64,000 nt of DNA, taken from Minisyncoccota bacterium (lineage in GTDB: Bacteria > Patescibacteriota > Minisyncoccia > Phycocordibacterales > Phycocordibacteraceae). Of the stretch, positions 17,988 through 27,703 are shown in pieces. The notes below the pieces were generated by a model. It saw only the letters and a program-made list of their open reading frames with translations. It was not told where the DNA came from and did not search any database. The first letter of the stretch is position 1, and every line of letters begins with the position of its first letter. A program made the translations under genes and the position numbers. The DNA lies in assembly GCA_036405415.1 (NCBI GenBank), contig DASWXP010000002.1:272351-336350 (forward strand). Direction: 5' to 3'.

Positions 17988-20525
17988 CTAGCGCTGAGCA
18001 GGTCCGGTTGCGCTTTCGTTAAGCGGTCCCTGTGGGATGCCGAGCGCCCCGAGGCGCGATGGCGGGAACGGATTGCGTCCTGCCCGCACTGCGGCGAGAT
18101 CCGCCGCGACAGACTGCGCGTTCTCCGGAGAGAGCGCCGCCACCTGCTCGAGCTCCGCTGCCGCCTGCGGGAACTGGCCAGCGATCGCGTACATGACGCC
18201 GAGGAAGAAGCGGGCGTTCGCGTACTGCGGATTCGCCGATACCGCCCGCGAGAGCGCGTCAATCGCGCCCTGGGTATTGCCGTTCGCAGAGCGGAGGATG
18301 CCGACCTGGAAGAGTACTACCGGATCGTTCGGCGCGAAGTACGCCGCAGCTTCCGCTGCCTCGAGCGCTTCGCGCGCACGGCCCTGCTCCGCCTCGAGCT
18401 GCGAGAGGAGGAAGATTGCCTGAGTGTAGTCACGCTTGAGCGCGATCGCCTGCATCAAGGCTTCGCTCGCTGCCTGGTTGTTGTCGCGCGCGATCTCAAG
18501 CTGCGCTACGACGTAGGGAAGCGCAGGGCTCGTCGGATGGAGCGCAATCGCCTGGTCGTACGCGGTCTTCGCGTTCTCGTAGGCGCCCTCGATGTTGAGC
18601 GGCACGACGGTCTGGTACACGTTTCCGAGCATCGCCCAGTTCTGGTACTCATTCGGTCCGAGACGGGTAGCCGCGAGCGCTGCTTCGATGGAGCCTGAGA
18701 GCGCGCCCTGGAACTGCGCCTGCGCATCTGCCTGCGAGAGCGTGGTGTCTCCTGCGATCTGGTTCATGCGTGCGATGCCGATTCCTGCGATGAGCTCGTA
18801 CACGCGATCGCTCTCGCCGAACACGAGCGCGCGGTTAGCAGCGGCAAGCGAGTTCTCGACGTTCCCAGCAGCTAGCTCGTTGGCAGCTTCGGCGTACGCG
18901 ACGCTTCCGAGATAGCGCTCGATAGCGACGTATGCCGCGAGGATCGACGCGAGGAGGAGGAGTGTGAGCGCGAATACGATCACGAATCCAACCTTCGGGC
19001 TGCGCGCGAAGATGATGCCGAGCTCACGCGCGTCGCGGCCGTAGCGCATCGACGAGACGAAGATACCCATCATGAGGAACCCGGCGAGCAGTACGAGCGG
19101 GCCCGGGACCGCGAACACCATAAGCGCGAGCGCGTAGAGGGAGCCTACGAACGAGGATACCGATACGAAGCGCACGAACGGGTCCTGCGGGAGGCGTGCG
19201 AGGAGGAAGCGTCCGCCTACGAACAGGAAGAGGCCTGCGAACGCGAGCCATGCGAGCGCTCCGGCAAGGCCGGTAGTCACGAACGAGGTCGGGATGTAGC
19301 CGATACCGGTCGTGAAGTCGACATTCCAGAAGATGGTGTCGTTGAGGCTGCGGTCCTTGTGGCGCGTCCACTGCGTGTCGAAGGTTCCGGGACCCGAACC
19401 GAAGAGCGGCGAGGATGCGTAGGTGTGGCTACCGATATCGAACGTAGACTGCCATGACGGACGGACATCGATCACATTCACGCCGAGCGCGGTCGCGAAC
19501 GAGCTGCCGATAGTGCTGCCGCCTACGAGGAAGAGGAGCGATACCGCGAGGGTCGCGAGCGGAATGCCGAGGAAACGGTTCCCAGTAGAGATCTCTTCCG
19601 GTTCTTCAGCAAGAAGGAGCGCGACGCCATCGAGGTCGCTCTCTTCGCCTGAGCCGCGGTTCTTCATGATGGCCTCGATGAAGAGGGCGAGCGATACGAG
19701 CGCGATGAGTACCCAGACGACGACCGAGTTCACGAGGGCAAGCACGAGGAGCGCTACCGCGCCGCCGACGAGAAGCAGCGTGCGGGTGCGGGAGGACAGC
19801 GTGAGGAGACGGAGCGCGAGAAGGCCGGTTACGACCGCAAGGCCGAGGAACATGCCAAGGTCCACGAACGAGCCAACGAGATTGACCGTCGGCGAGATCA
19901 CGGACGGCGCGACACGGCCGACGAGCACGATCAGGACCTGAGCCGCGAGCACTACGCCCGTAACAACCGCGCCAGCCCCGAAGAAGAGGCGCAGGCTATT
20001 CGTGCGGCGGAACGAGAGTGCGGTAAGGGTCGCGAATGCCGAGAGCATGAGCACGAACCCGAACGTATCGGTCTCAAGCTCCGTACCGAAGAACGAGTCC
20101 GTGATTCCCGCGCCCGAGAACAGGGACGATAGGAGGTACGCTGCCGGTACGAGCCACAGGGCGCCAAGGAGCGGCAACGGCGGCACGATCACGTTTCCGC
20201 GTGAGAGGCGAGCGAGGATAAAGAGCACGAGGGTCACGAGCGCGCCGAGCGCGAGCACCGTCACCTTGGTGTAGAGAAACGGAATTGTTGCGGACGGGAT
20301 AAGAGCGAACGCGCCGAGCGCGAACGAGAGCACGACGGCCCATGTGGTGGCCATGTCGAAGGAAAGGCGTCGCTTGCCTCCCTGCGCACGGGTAACGGTC
20401 TCCTGCATAATAGGTAATTCCAAAGCTGCCCTGGTAATAGGTTCCAGTATAGCTCGCTTGCCTGTCCGTTTCCGGAAGGCATGTGGAAGAAACGTTGATT
20501 TTCTCTCCATATGTCGTATTATCAT
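17988..20525 (-). CDS. O-antigen-ligase-like polytopic membrane protein with C-terminal TPR-repeat domain
   Basis: 845 aa: about 12 TM segments including a Wzy_C-like region, then about 300 aa of TPR-like repeats (AYDQAIALHP, AIALKRDYTQA). Confidence 0.6.
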   Translation of the reverse strand: MIIRHMERKSTFLPHAFRKRTGKRAILEPITRAALELPIMQETVTRAQGGKRRLSFDMATTWAVVLSFALGAFALIPSATIPFLYTKVTVLALGALVTLVLFILARLSRGNVIVPPLPLLGALWLVPAAYLLSSLFSGAGITDSFFGTELETDTFGFVLMLSAFATLTALSFRRTNSLRLFFGAGAVVTGVVLAAQVLIVLVGRVAPSVISPTVNLVGSFVDLGMFLGLAVVTGLLALRLLTLSSRTRTLLLVGGAVALLVLALVNSVVVWVLIALVSLALFIEAIMKNRGSGEESDLDGVALLLAEEPEEISTGNRFLGIPLATLAVSLLFLVGGSTIGSSFATALGVNVIDVRPSWQSTFDIGSHTYASSPLFGSGPGTFDTQWTRHKDRSLNDTIFWNVDFTTGIGYIPTSFVTTGLAGALAWLAFAGLFLFVGGRFLLARLPQDPFVRFVSVSSFVGSLYALALMVFAVPGPLVLLAGFLMMGIFVSSMRYGRDARELGIIFARSPKVGFVIVFALTLLLLASILAAYVAIERYLGSVAYAEAANELAAGNVENSLAAANRALVFGESDRVYELIAGIGIARMNQIAGDTTLSQADAQAQFQGALSGSIEAALAATRLGPNEYQNWAMLGNVYQTVVPLNIEGAYENAKTAYDQAIALHPTSPALPYVVAQLEIARDNNQAASEALMQAIALKRDYTQAIFLLSQLEAEQGRAREALEAAEAAAYFAPNDPVVLFQVGILRSANGNTQGAIDALSRAVSANPQYANARFFLGVMYAIAGQFPQAAAELEQVAALSPENAQSVAADLAAVRAGRNPFPPSRLGALGIPQGPLNESATGPAQR

Positions 20526-20529
20526 CCAT

Positions 20530-20844
20530 GGACCCTGGCCTGACGACCGCTGCCCTAGGCAGAGGAAAGTCCGAACACAGGCTCACCTTGTGTGAGCAGT
20601 CTGGTAGCAGGTAACGCCTGTCCGCCGTAAGGCGCGAGGTGCGAACAGAAACGACGGATGCCGAAAGGCTACGTACTCTCCTTTGGAGAGTGTCCTAAGG
20701 GCGACCTTAGGCTGAAACGGCTAAATCCTTACCGCTGTGCAAGGCCGTGCCCATCATTGTGTGGGAGCGCCGCTCGAGGTGCGTGGCGACACGCATCCCA
20801 GATAGATGGTCGTCCGCGACAGAATTCGGCTTATGACCAGGATC
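20530..20844 (+). ncRNA. rnpB: RNase P RNA, bacterial type A (rnpB), compact form
   Basis: Conserved AGGAAAGTCCG (P4 5' strand), GGTAACGCC, AGGGCG and the 3' ACAGAATTCGGCTTAT (P4 3' strand). P1 pairs GGACCCTGGCC with GACCAGGATCC. A terminator follows at 20853. Confidence 0.7.
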
Positions 20845-20852
20845 CGCTTACA

Positions 20853-20880
20853 TGAAAGAACCCGCTCGCGCGGGTTCTTT
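20853..20880. terminator. Bidirectional hairpin GAAAGAACCCGC-TCGCGC-GGGTTCTTTC
   Basis: Perfect 11 bp stem between rnpB (+) and the DUF192 gene (-). Confidence 0.55.
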
Positions 20881-20884
20881 CATA

Positions 20885-21343
20885 TTAAAGTTTCGGAAGC
20901 GGCACGCGTGTTCCCACGTCCCATCCCTGCCTACGCATCTCGCCTGCTCTCGTCTCAAGCACGAGACGCACCGGACGCGGCGGATAGAACACCGCAGGGA
21001 ACGTGTCCGGAGAGACGTTCTCGTCGATTTTCAGAACCGTCCCGTCCTCGGAAAGCCATGCGATATCGATCGATACGCGCATGTCCTTCATCCAGAACCC
21101 GTACGAGCCTTGGGCAGGGAAGACGAAGAGGAGTCCGTAGTCTTCGGGCACATCCGTGCGTCCAGAGAGTCCTTGCACGCGTTCCGCGTCAGTGTCCGCG
21201 ATATCAAACACAAAGTCGCTCTTTGCGATCTCCGTATACGTACTAACCGTTTCCCTTTCAGAGTGCGGGATAAGGAAGTACCCCAGCGCGCCGATGACCG
21301 CGAGCGCGACGATGCTTGAGATGATCGCGGTCCTGATTTTCAT
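20885..21343 (-). CDS. DUF192 domain-containing protein
   Basis: 152 aa with a signal/TM anchor then a DUF192-like core (YGFWMKDMRVSIDIAWL). Confidence 0.65.
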   Translation of the reverse strand: MKIRTAIISSIVALAVIGALGYFLIPHSERETVSTYTEIAKSDFVFDIADTDAERVQGLSGRTDVPEDYGLLFVFPAQGSYGFWMKDMRVSIDIAWLSEDGTVLKIDENVSPDTFPAVFYPPRPVRLVLETRAGEMRRQGWDVGTRVPLPKL

Positions 21344-21346
21344 GAG

Positions 21347-21433
21347 CGGAGGCGGAGAGATTCGAACTCTCGAGAGCCTTTCGACCCTGCCACCTTTCCA
21401 AGATGGTGCACTAGACCGCTATGCGACGCCTCC
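21347..21433 (-). tRNA. tRNA-Ser (anticodon GGA), type II, no encoded CCA
   Basis: Manual cloverleaf: acceptor GGAGGCG/CGCCTCC, anticodon stem CCATC/GGTGG, loop TTGGAAA, long variable arm, T-arm GAGAGTTCGAATCTCTC. Confidence 0.8.
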
Positions 21434-21461
21434 GTGCGTGGCTGTTATACCACGAATCAAT

Positions 21462-22361
21462 CTATTTCGCTCCCTGACCGAGAAGCGCCGCGACGCGTGC
21501 CTCAACCGGCGGATGTGTCGCGAAGATGCGATTCATGAACTTTCCTGCCTGCGCACCGAACGGGTTCCCGATGAACAGGTGTGCAGTAGCGTGGTTCGCG
21601 CGGCGCATCGGGCGGCCGTCCTTGGCGATCTTCTGGAGCGCAGACGCGAGACCCTCAGGATAGCGCGTAAGCAGCGCGCCTGAAGAGTCCGCAAGAAATT
21701 CCCTCCTGCGTGAGATCGCGAGCTGGATGAGCTGGGCTGCGATAGGCGCAAGCACGATCGCAACCACCGCGAGGATCGCGAGTATGGCGCCTGCCTTGCT
21801 GTCATTATCGCGAGAGCCGCCGCCAAAGAGCGACATGCGCAGGAAGATATCCGCGACGATCGCCACGAACCCTGCGAGCACGACCGCTACCGTCATGACG
21901 AGCATGTCCTTGTTGCGGATATGAGAGAGCTCGTGCGCAATCACGCCCTCGAGCTCGGTGCGATTGAGGATCTGTAGGAGTCCGGTAGTAGCCGCGACCA
22001 CCGCATGCTTCTCATCGCGTCCGGTAGCGAAGGCGTTCGGCGCCGGGTCCTCGATTACGTAGAGCTTCGGCATCGGCATACCCGCCGTTATAGAGAGGTT
22101 CTCCGTGACGGTATAGAGGTCGAAGAACTCCTCGCGCGATGCAGGACGCGCGCCGTTCATCGTGAGCGCGATCTTGTCGGAGAACCAGTAGCTCCCCACG
22201 TTCATGAGTACCGAGAAGATGACCGCGCCCCAGAGAATGGCAGGGGAACCGTAGTACCAGGAGATGGCCCAGCCTATTGCGGTGACCACCAGGAAGAACC
22301 CGGCCATGAGGACCCAGGTCTTCATCACGTTCTTCGAGCGCTCCTGATAGAGGTTAGCCAT
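21462..22361 (-). CDS. htpX: Zinc metalloprotease HtpX (M48 family)
   Basis: HELSH zinc motif, N-terminal TM pairs and C-terminal IFATHPP. SD AAGGAAA upstream. Confidence 0.85.
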   Translation of the reverse strand: MANLYQERSKNVMKTWVLMAGFFLVVTAIGWAISWYYGSPAILWGAVIFSVLMNVGSYWFSDKIALTMNGARPASREEFFDLYTVTENLSITAGMPMPKLYVIEDPAPNAFATGRDEKHAVVAATTGLLQILNRTELEGVIAHELSHIRNKDMLVMTVAVVLAGFVAIVADIFLRMSLFGGGSRDNDSKAGAILAILAVVAIVLAPIAAQLIQLAISRRREFLADSSGALLTRYPEGLASALQKIAKDGRPMRRANHATAHLFIGNPFGAQAGKFMNRIFATHPPVEARVAALLGQGAK

Positions 22362-22407
22362 GTGGTGTTTCCTTACCTACTAAGACGCACGACCGCGCCT
22401 GCCCTTT

Positions 22408-22968
22408 CTAGAACGAGACCTTCACCGGCTCGCGTGCTGCTTCCTCGACTTCGGAAAGCTCGAACAGTGCCATCTGCGAGAAGCCGAACGGCTTCGCGAT
22501 CACGTTGCCTGGGAACTGCTCAACCGCGGTGTTAAGGGTCTGCACCGTGGTGTTGTAGAAACGGCGGCTCGCCATGATCTTGTTCTCCGTGTCAGAGAGC
22601 TCGCGCTGGAGCTCGAGGAAGTTCGTGTTGGCCTTAAGGTCCGGGTATGCCTCGGAAACCGCAAAGAGGGACTTGAGCGCGCCCGTAAGCATGTTCTCCG
22701 CTTCTGCGTGCTCCGTTACGGTCTGCGCGCCCATAGCCTGCGTGCGCGCCTGCGTCACGCTCTCGAGCGCCTGGCGCTCATGCGCAGCGTACCCCTTCAC
22801 CGTCTCGATGAGGTTCGGGATGAGGTCGTAGCGGCGCTTCATCTGCACCTCGATATCGGACCATGCCTCCTTCGCGCGGTTGCGCATCGAGACGAATCCG
22901 TTGTATGCGAACACAACCCAGAGCACGAGTACGGCAACGATGCCGAGCACGATCCAAAGAGTCATCAT
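22408..22968 (-). CDS. lemA: LemA family protein
   Basis: LemA domain conservation (RYDLIPNLIETVKGYA, FYNT). The likely start MMTLW is at 22968. Sits beside htpX as in many genomes. Confidence 0.8.
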   Translation of the reverse strand: MMTLWIVLGIVAVLVLWVVFAYNGFVSMRNRAKEAWSDIEVQMKRRYDLIPNLIETVKGYAAHERQALESVTQARTQAMGAQTVTEHAEAENMLTGALKSLFAVSEAYPDLKANTNFLELQRELSDTENKIMASRRFYNTTVQTLNTAVEQFPGNVIAKPFGFSQMALFELSEVEEAAREPVKVSF

Positions 22969-23280
22969 ATATAGATATTGTAGGATTTCTGCGCATCCGC
23001 GCAAGGAAGGGAATTCATATCCCCTTCATTGCCGACGGGGCGTTCCGGAGGTATGGTCGAAGCAGAAACGGAGGATGCACACCATGAGCTTATCTGCATA
23101 CGAACTGGCCGCCCTGCTCGGCGCGGCTCTGCTCGTTCCCAAGGTCCGCGAGTTCTGTTCGGGCTTCTGTTCCGGCCTGTTCGGCTGGGATGGCTACGAC
23201 TCAAGCGAACGCTGACGGCCCGAAGCGAAAGCGAAAATGCCGCGGCTTCTCAGTCGCGGCATTTTTCATTTCAGAATTTC

Positions 23281-24924
<1,644 letters not shown>

Positions 24925-24943
24925 TTAGAGAGGGAAGTAAGAC

Positions 24944-25252
24944 TTAGGAAAGGATCGCGAGCACGTTGGACTCGGAGAGGATGTAGTACTCTTGTTCGTC
25001 GACTTTGACCTCGTCGTATCCGTACTTGGAGAAGAGGACAGTATCGCCAACTTTTACTGTCATAGGAATGAGGTCGCCGTCCTCGTAGCGTCCGCCACCA
25101 ACCGCGACCACGGTCCCCTTCGAGGGCGCATCTTGTTTCGCCGAGTCCGGGATGATGATGCCGGAAGAGGAGACCTCCTCCTTCGCTTCGGGCTTCACGA
25201 CCACACGGTCGTTGAGCGGCGTAATAGAAAGGCTGTTCTTTGGCGTAGCCAT
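24944..25252 (-). CDS. groS: Co-chaperonin GroES (10 kDa)
   Basis: 102 aa with the canonical LNDRVVVKP...GIIIPDSAKQ GroES sequence. Confidence 0.95.
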   Translation of the reverse strand: MATPKNSLSITPLNDRVVVKPEAKEEVSSSGIIIPDSAKQDAPSKGTVVAVGGGRYEDGDLIPMTVKVGDTVLFSKYGYDEVKVDEQEYYILSESNVLAILS

Positions 25253-25293
25253 AGGAAAATGATTCGCTTATGCGGTTACTAAGAATGGCCCGT

Positions 25294-25320
25294 TTCTAGG
25301 CACGATTCCCCTGCCTAGAA
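25294..25320. promoter_or_regulatory. Perfect 9-N9-9 inverted repeat TTCTAGGCA-N9-TGCCTAGAA in the groESL leader (CIRCE-like architecture, non-CIRCE sequence)
   Basis: Perfect palindrome arms with a 9 nt spacer, a few nt downstream of the predicted groES transcription start. Confidence 0.45.
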
Positions 25321-25329
25321 GTTATCCAC

Positions 25330-25358
25330 AGTATAGGAATGAGGGTTTAGAGCGTCAA
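25330..25358 (-). promoter_or_regulatory. groESL promoter, TTGACG-N17-TATACT (minus strand)
   Basis: -35 at 25353-25358 and -10 at 25330-25335 on the minus strand, upstream of the IR and groES. Confidence 0.5.
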
Positions 25359-25380
25359 ATCAATCTAAAACTCCCAGCTA

Positions 25381-25410
25381 TTGACAAATGTGCATTTATG
25401 TATGTATAGT
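25381..25410 (+). promoter_or_regulatory. Consensus sigma70 promoter TTGACA-N18-TATAGT, divergent from the groESL promoter
   Basis: Perfect -35 TTGACA with a near-consensus -10. An SD (AAGGAA) precedes the downstream ATG at 25452. Confidence 0.5.
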
Positions 25411-25451
25411 TATATGCAGAGTTAACCCCTGGCCCCGGAAAGGAACCAGCC

Positions 25452-25739
25452 ATGAACGTCGTAATCCCCTGCCTCGCCTACCTCCTGATCGCGCTCGCCA
25501 TGAGCTCGTATCTGGTGGTCAGGTTCATCCGCCTACCAGCTTCGGTCGATCGCGACGACGCGATGTCGACCTTCATCGGCTATGCGCTGACCGCGCTGGT
25601 CGGCCTGTTCCTGCTGTCGACCGCGCACTACCAGTTCGGCCTGGGCGGCCTGTGGGCCGGCGTCGGTGCGCTTGCCGCGCTGACCGCGCTCGTCGGCTGG
25701 TCGTTCCGTCAGGAGAAACGCTCCTTCCAGCTGGCCTGA
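25452..25739 (+). CDS. Islet gene 1: hypothetical small membrane protein (95 aa, 2-3 TM)
   Basis: CTG/GGC-rich codon usage unlike neighbouring genes (which prefer CTC). Hydrophobic translation with its own promoter, SD and terminator. Confidence 0.6.
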   Translation: MNVVIPCLAYLLIALAMSSYLVVRFIRLPASVDRDDAMSTFIGYALTALVGLFLLSTAHYQFGLGGLWAGVGALAALTALVGWSFRQEKRSFQLA

Positions 25740-25760
25740 GCGTGCCGTGCCGCTGATCAG

Positions 25761-25790
25761 GCCCCCGGGAAATCCGTCCCGGGGGCTTTT
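25761..25790. terminator. Hairpin GCCCCCGGGA-AATCCG-TCCCGGGGGC + TTTTGCATTCC
   Basis: 10 bp GC stem plus T-run. Near-identical to the hairpin at 27370. Confidence 0.6.
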
Positions 25791-25862
25791 GCATTCCCCA
25801 CTCCTTGACTTGATGAAATTTATACGTGCTACCATTTCCTCATACAACTTACTGAAGCATTC

Positions 25863-26567
25863 ATGAAAGAAGGAAGTCCATTTACAGTGGTAAGCGAACC
25901 AAAGCGTTTTTCACCCGAGGATATGGTTGCGGCAGGAGAAGCTTTTGCTACTAACCCAGTTCAGTCAGAATCAGAGCCTGCCGAGATGTTTGATAGAAGC
26001 GGCATGGCCACACTTGGCGAAAAACTTGCTTCAGAGACTGCGGAATCAGTTTCAGCGGCAAACGAAGCTACCGTAGTACAGCTTAGCGAGGTCAGAGAGC
26101 GACTACGAGGACATGTCGAAACAGCGGTGGAAACGGCACCTTCCGCTCCCGAGACTTATGCAGAATCACCGGAAGCCACTCCAGAACAGATAGATACGTT
26201 CCTCCGTAAGGCATATGGCAGTGATGGATACAAAAACCATTCAGGCATCTACAGTGACAGCACGCCTGCAGAAAAGTTCGCGCACGTGATGCAGTCTCGC
26301 GAAAGCCTAGCAAGCTCAAGCAGGAAATCGACATCATGGTTCGCAGGTATTCTGAGCTCGGGAGCTGGCTTGGGTGCCGTAGCGGCTTTGGGTCTCACCG
26401 CGATTCCCGCTGCAGTTGCTGCGCCACTGCTTGCTGGACCTGCAATCGGCTATGGAGCTTACAGACTCTTGAAGTGGAACTTTAATCGGCAGCAGCGCAA
26501 ATTTGCTCGAGAAGCAGAGGAGCTCGGAATCACGACTGCAACCACTCAAACACGACTCGCTGCGTAG
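25863..26567 (+). CDS. Islet gene 2: hypothetical protein (234 aa), acidic disordered N-region plus C-terminal TM hairpin
   Basis: About 50% GC against 62% background and no SD. C-terminal WFAGILSSGAGLGAVAALGLTAIPAAVAAPLLAGPAIGYGAY is hydrophobic. Confidence 0.5.
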   Translation: MKEGSPFTVVSEPKRFSPEDMVAAGEAFATNPVQSESEPAEMFDRSGMATLGEKLASETAESVSAANEATVVQLSEVRERLRGHVETAVETAPSAPETYAESPEATPEQIDTFLRKAYGSDGYKNHSGIYSDSTPAEKFAHVMQSRESLASSSRKSTSWFAGILSSGAGLGAVAALGLTAIPAAVAAPLLAGPAIGYGAYRLLKWNFNRQQRKFAREAEELGITTATTQTRLAA

Positions 26568-26591
26568 CAGAATCACTACTTTCTCATTTTT

Positions 26592-26619
26592 AAAACTCCG
26601 GTTTGATTCCGGAGTTTTT
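26592..26619. terminator. Hairpin AAAACTCCGG-TTTGATT-CCGGAGTTTT
   Basis: Perfect stem with a T-run, directly after islet gene 2. Confidence 0.55.
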
Positions 26620-26630
26620 GCTATCATAAT

Positions 26631-26659
26631 TTGACACATATATTAGGATTATGTTATAT
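26631..26659 (+). promoter_or_regulatory. Consensus sigma70 promoter TTGACA-N17-TTATAT
   Basis: Perfect -35 with 17 nt spacing to an AT-rich -10. An SD (AGGAG) sits 7-8 nt before the ATG at 26721. Confidence 0.45.
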
Positions 26660-26720
26660 TAATTTCCAGAGCACCTTGATAGTTGCTTTGTTTCAGCCCC
26701 GAATCTCGCAGGAGTCCCCA

Positions 26721-27356
26721 ATGCTCGACTACGCTTTTCCGCTCGGCATCATGGCCACAGCGGCCATCGTCACCCTGGCGTTCTGGCTGCAGCGGAGCGC
26801 CTTTTTCCGCTTCAATCACGAGCGCCGGAAGGATGACCCCAAGGTCAATACGCACGAGCCGAGCTGGGATTCCTTCAAAAGCTTCGTGCAATTCGCCATG
26901 ATCGCCATGCTCGGCGCCTTCCTGGGCTCCGGCGAACCGATCGTTCTCGACTATCTGCAGCGGGAGCCATTCCTGCGCACGGCCGCCGTCAGCATCATCG
27001 TCCTCTGGTACGGGTGCTATGCGCTCGTGCTGTCGGCAAGGAGCCTGATTTCGGCGTTCCACCTCTTGATCCACTTCTACAACGTGGAAGCGAAAAGCTC
27101 TGAAAGTCTCCAACAAGAGCATCAGCGCTTCCGCGATCAAGCCGATGCCGCCGCCTTGCAACGAGCCAACGAGGCCGCAGCCTCCGCTCGCGCCGAAGCC
27201 GCGGCGCTACGCGCTGAGCTCGAGGCCGAGCGGGCAGGTCGTTCGGCGGAGTCCACTCCGACCGTGGGAGACGCTCCGCCGGTCGAGCAGCCCGCCCCGG
27301 AGGCATCGGCCGATGCCGGGGTCGTCCGAATCGACAACCGTCGCCAGGCTGGCTGA
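26721..27356 (+). CDS. Islet gene 3: hypothetical membrane protein (211 aa), 3-4 TM plus Ala-rich coiled-coil tail
   Basis: N-terminal TM segments and C-terminal AAALQRANEAAASARAEAAALRAELEAERAG. The ORF-track N-extension is spurious; the ATG at 26721 follows the SD. Confidence 0.6.
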   Translation: MLDYAFPLGIMATAAIVTLAFWLQRSAFFRFNHERRKDDPKVNTHEPSWDSFKSFVQFAMIAMLGAFLGSGEPIVLDYLQREPFLRTAAVSIIVLWYGCYALVLSARSLISAFHLLIHFYNVEAKSSESLQQEHQRFRDQADAAALQRANEAAASARAEAAALRAELEAERAGRSAESTPTVGDAPPVEQPAPEASADAGVVRIDNRRQAG

Positions 27357-27369
27357 ACGAAGGCAACCA

Positions 27370-27397
27370 CCCCCGGGACTCGTGTCCCGGGGGTTTT
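27370..27397. terminator. Hairpin CCCCCGGGA-CTCGTG-TCCCGGGGG + TTTTGCATTTCC
   Basis: Same CCCCCGGGA family as 25761, with the same TTTTGCATT trailer. Confidence 0.6.
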
Positions 27398-27435
27398 GCA
27401 TTTCCTCCCCTATTTTGGTATAGTCCGCCTCACAG

Positions 27436-27666
27436 ATGGAGACTCTCTCGGCAGCATTGCCCTACATTCAGATAGCACTCTCCCTTCTTCTTATCGCGGG
27501 GATCGTCCTTCAGAACCGAGGGGCGTCCTTGGGTGGAGCCTTCGGAGGCGACAACTTCGCGTCTACCTTCTACAAGCGCCGCGGCGCTGAGAAGTTCCTG
27601 TTCAACGCGACCATCGTCATCGCTATCCTCTTCGTAGCCGCTGCGGTCGCAGGCCTCTTCTACTAG
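27436..27666 (+). CDS. secG: Preprotein translocase subunit SecG
   Basis: 76 aa with two TM segments and the SecG motif LLQNRGASLGGAFGG. The ATG lies 11 nt after TGGTATAGT. Confidence 0.75.
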   Translation: METLSAALPYIQIALSLLLIAGIVLQNRGASLGGAFGGDNFASTFYKRRGAEKFLFNATIVIAILFVAAAVAGLFY

Positions 27667-27703
27667 CCTGCTCCGGGGCGCCATCTGTGCCCTAATTCCG
27701 CCT

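Noticed and set aside
25294-25320. CIRCE (HrcA operator) upstream of groES
   Set aside because: The architecture (9-N9-9) matches, but the half-site sequence TTCTAGGCA has no similarity to the TTAGCACTC consensus. It is reported as a distinct inverted repeat instead.
25388-25756. 122 aa ORF overlapping islet gene 1 in another frame
   Set aside because: Arg/Pro-rich out-of-frame translation. The 25452 frame follows an SD and encodes a coherent TM protein.
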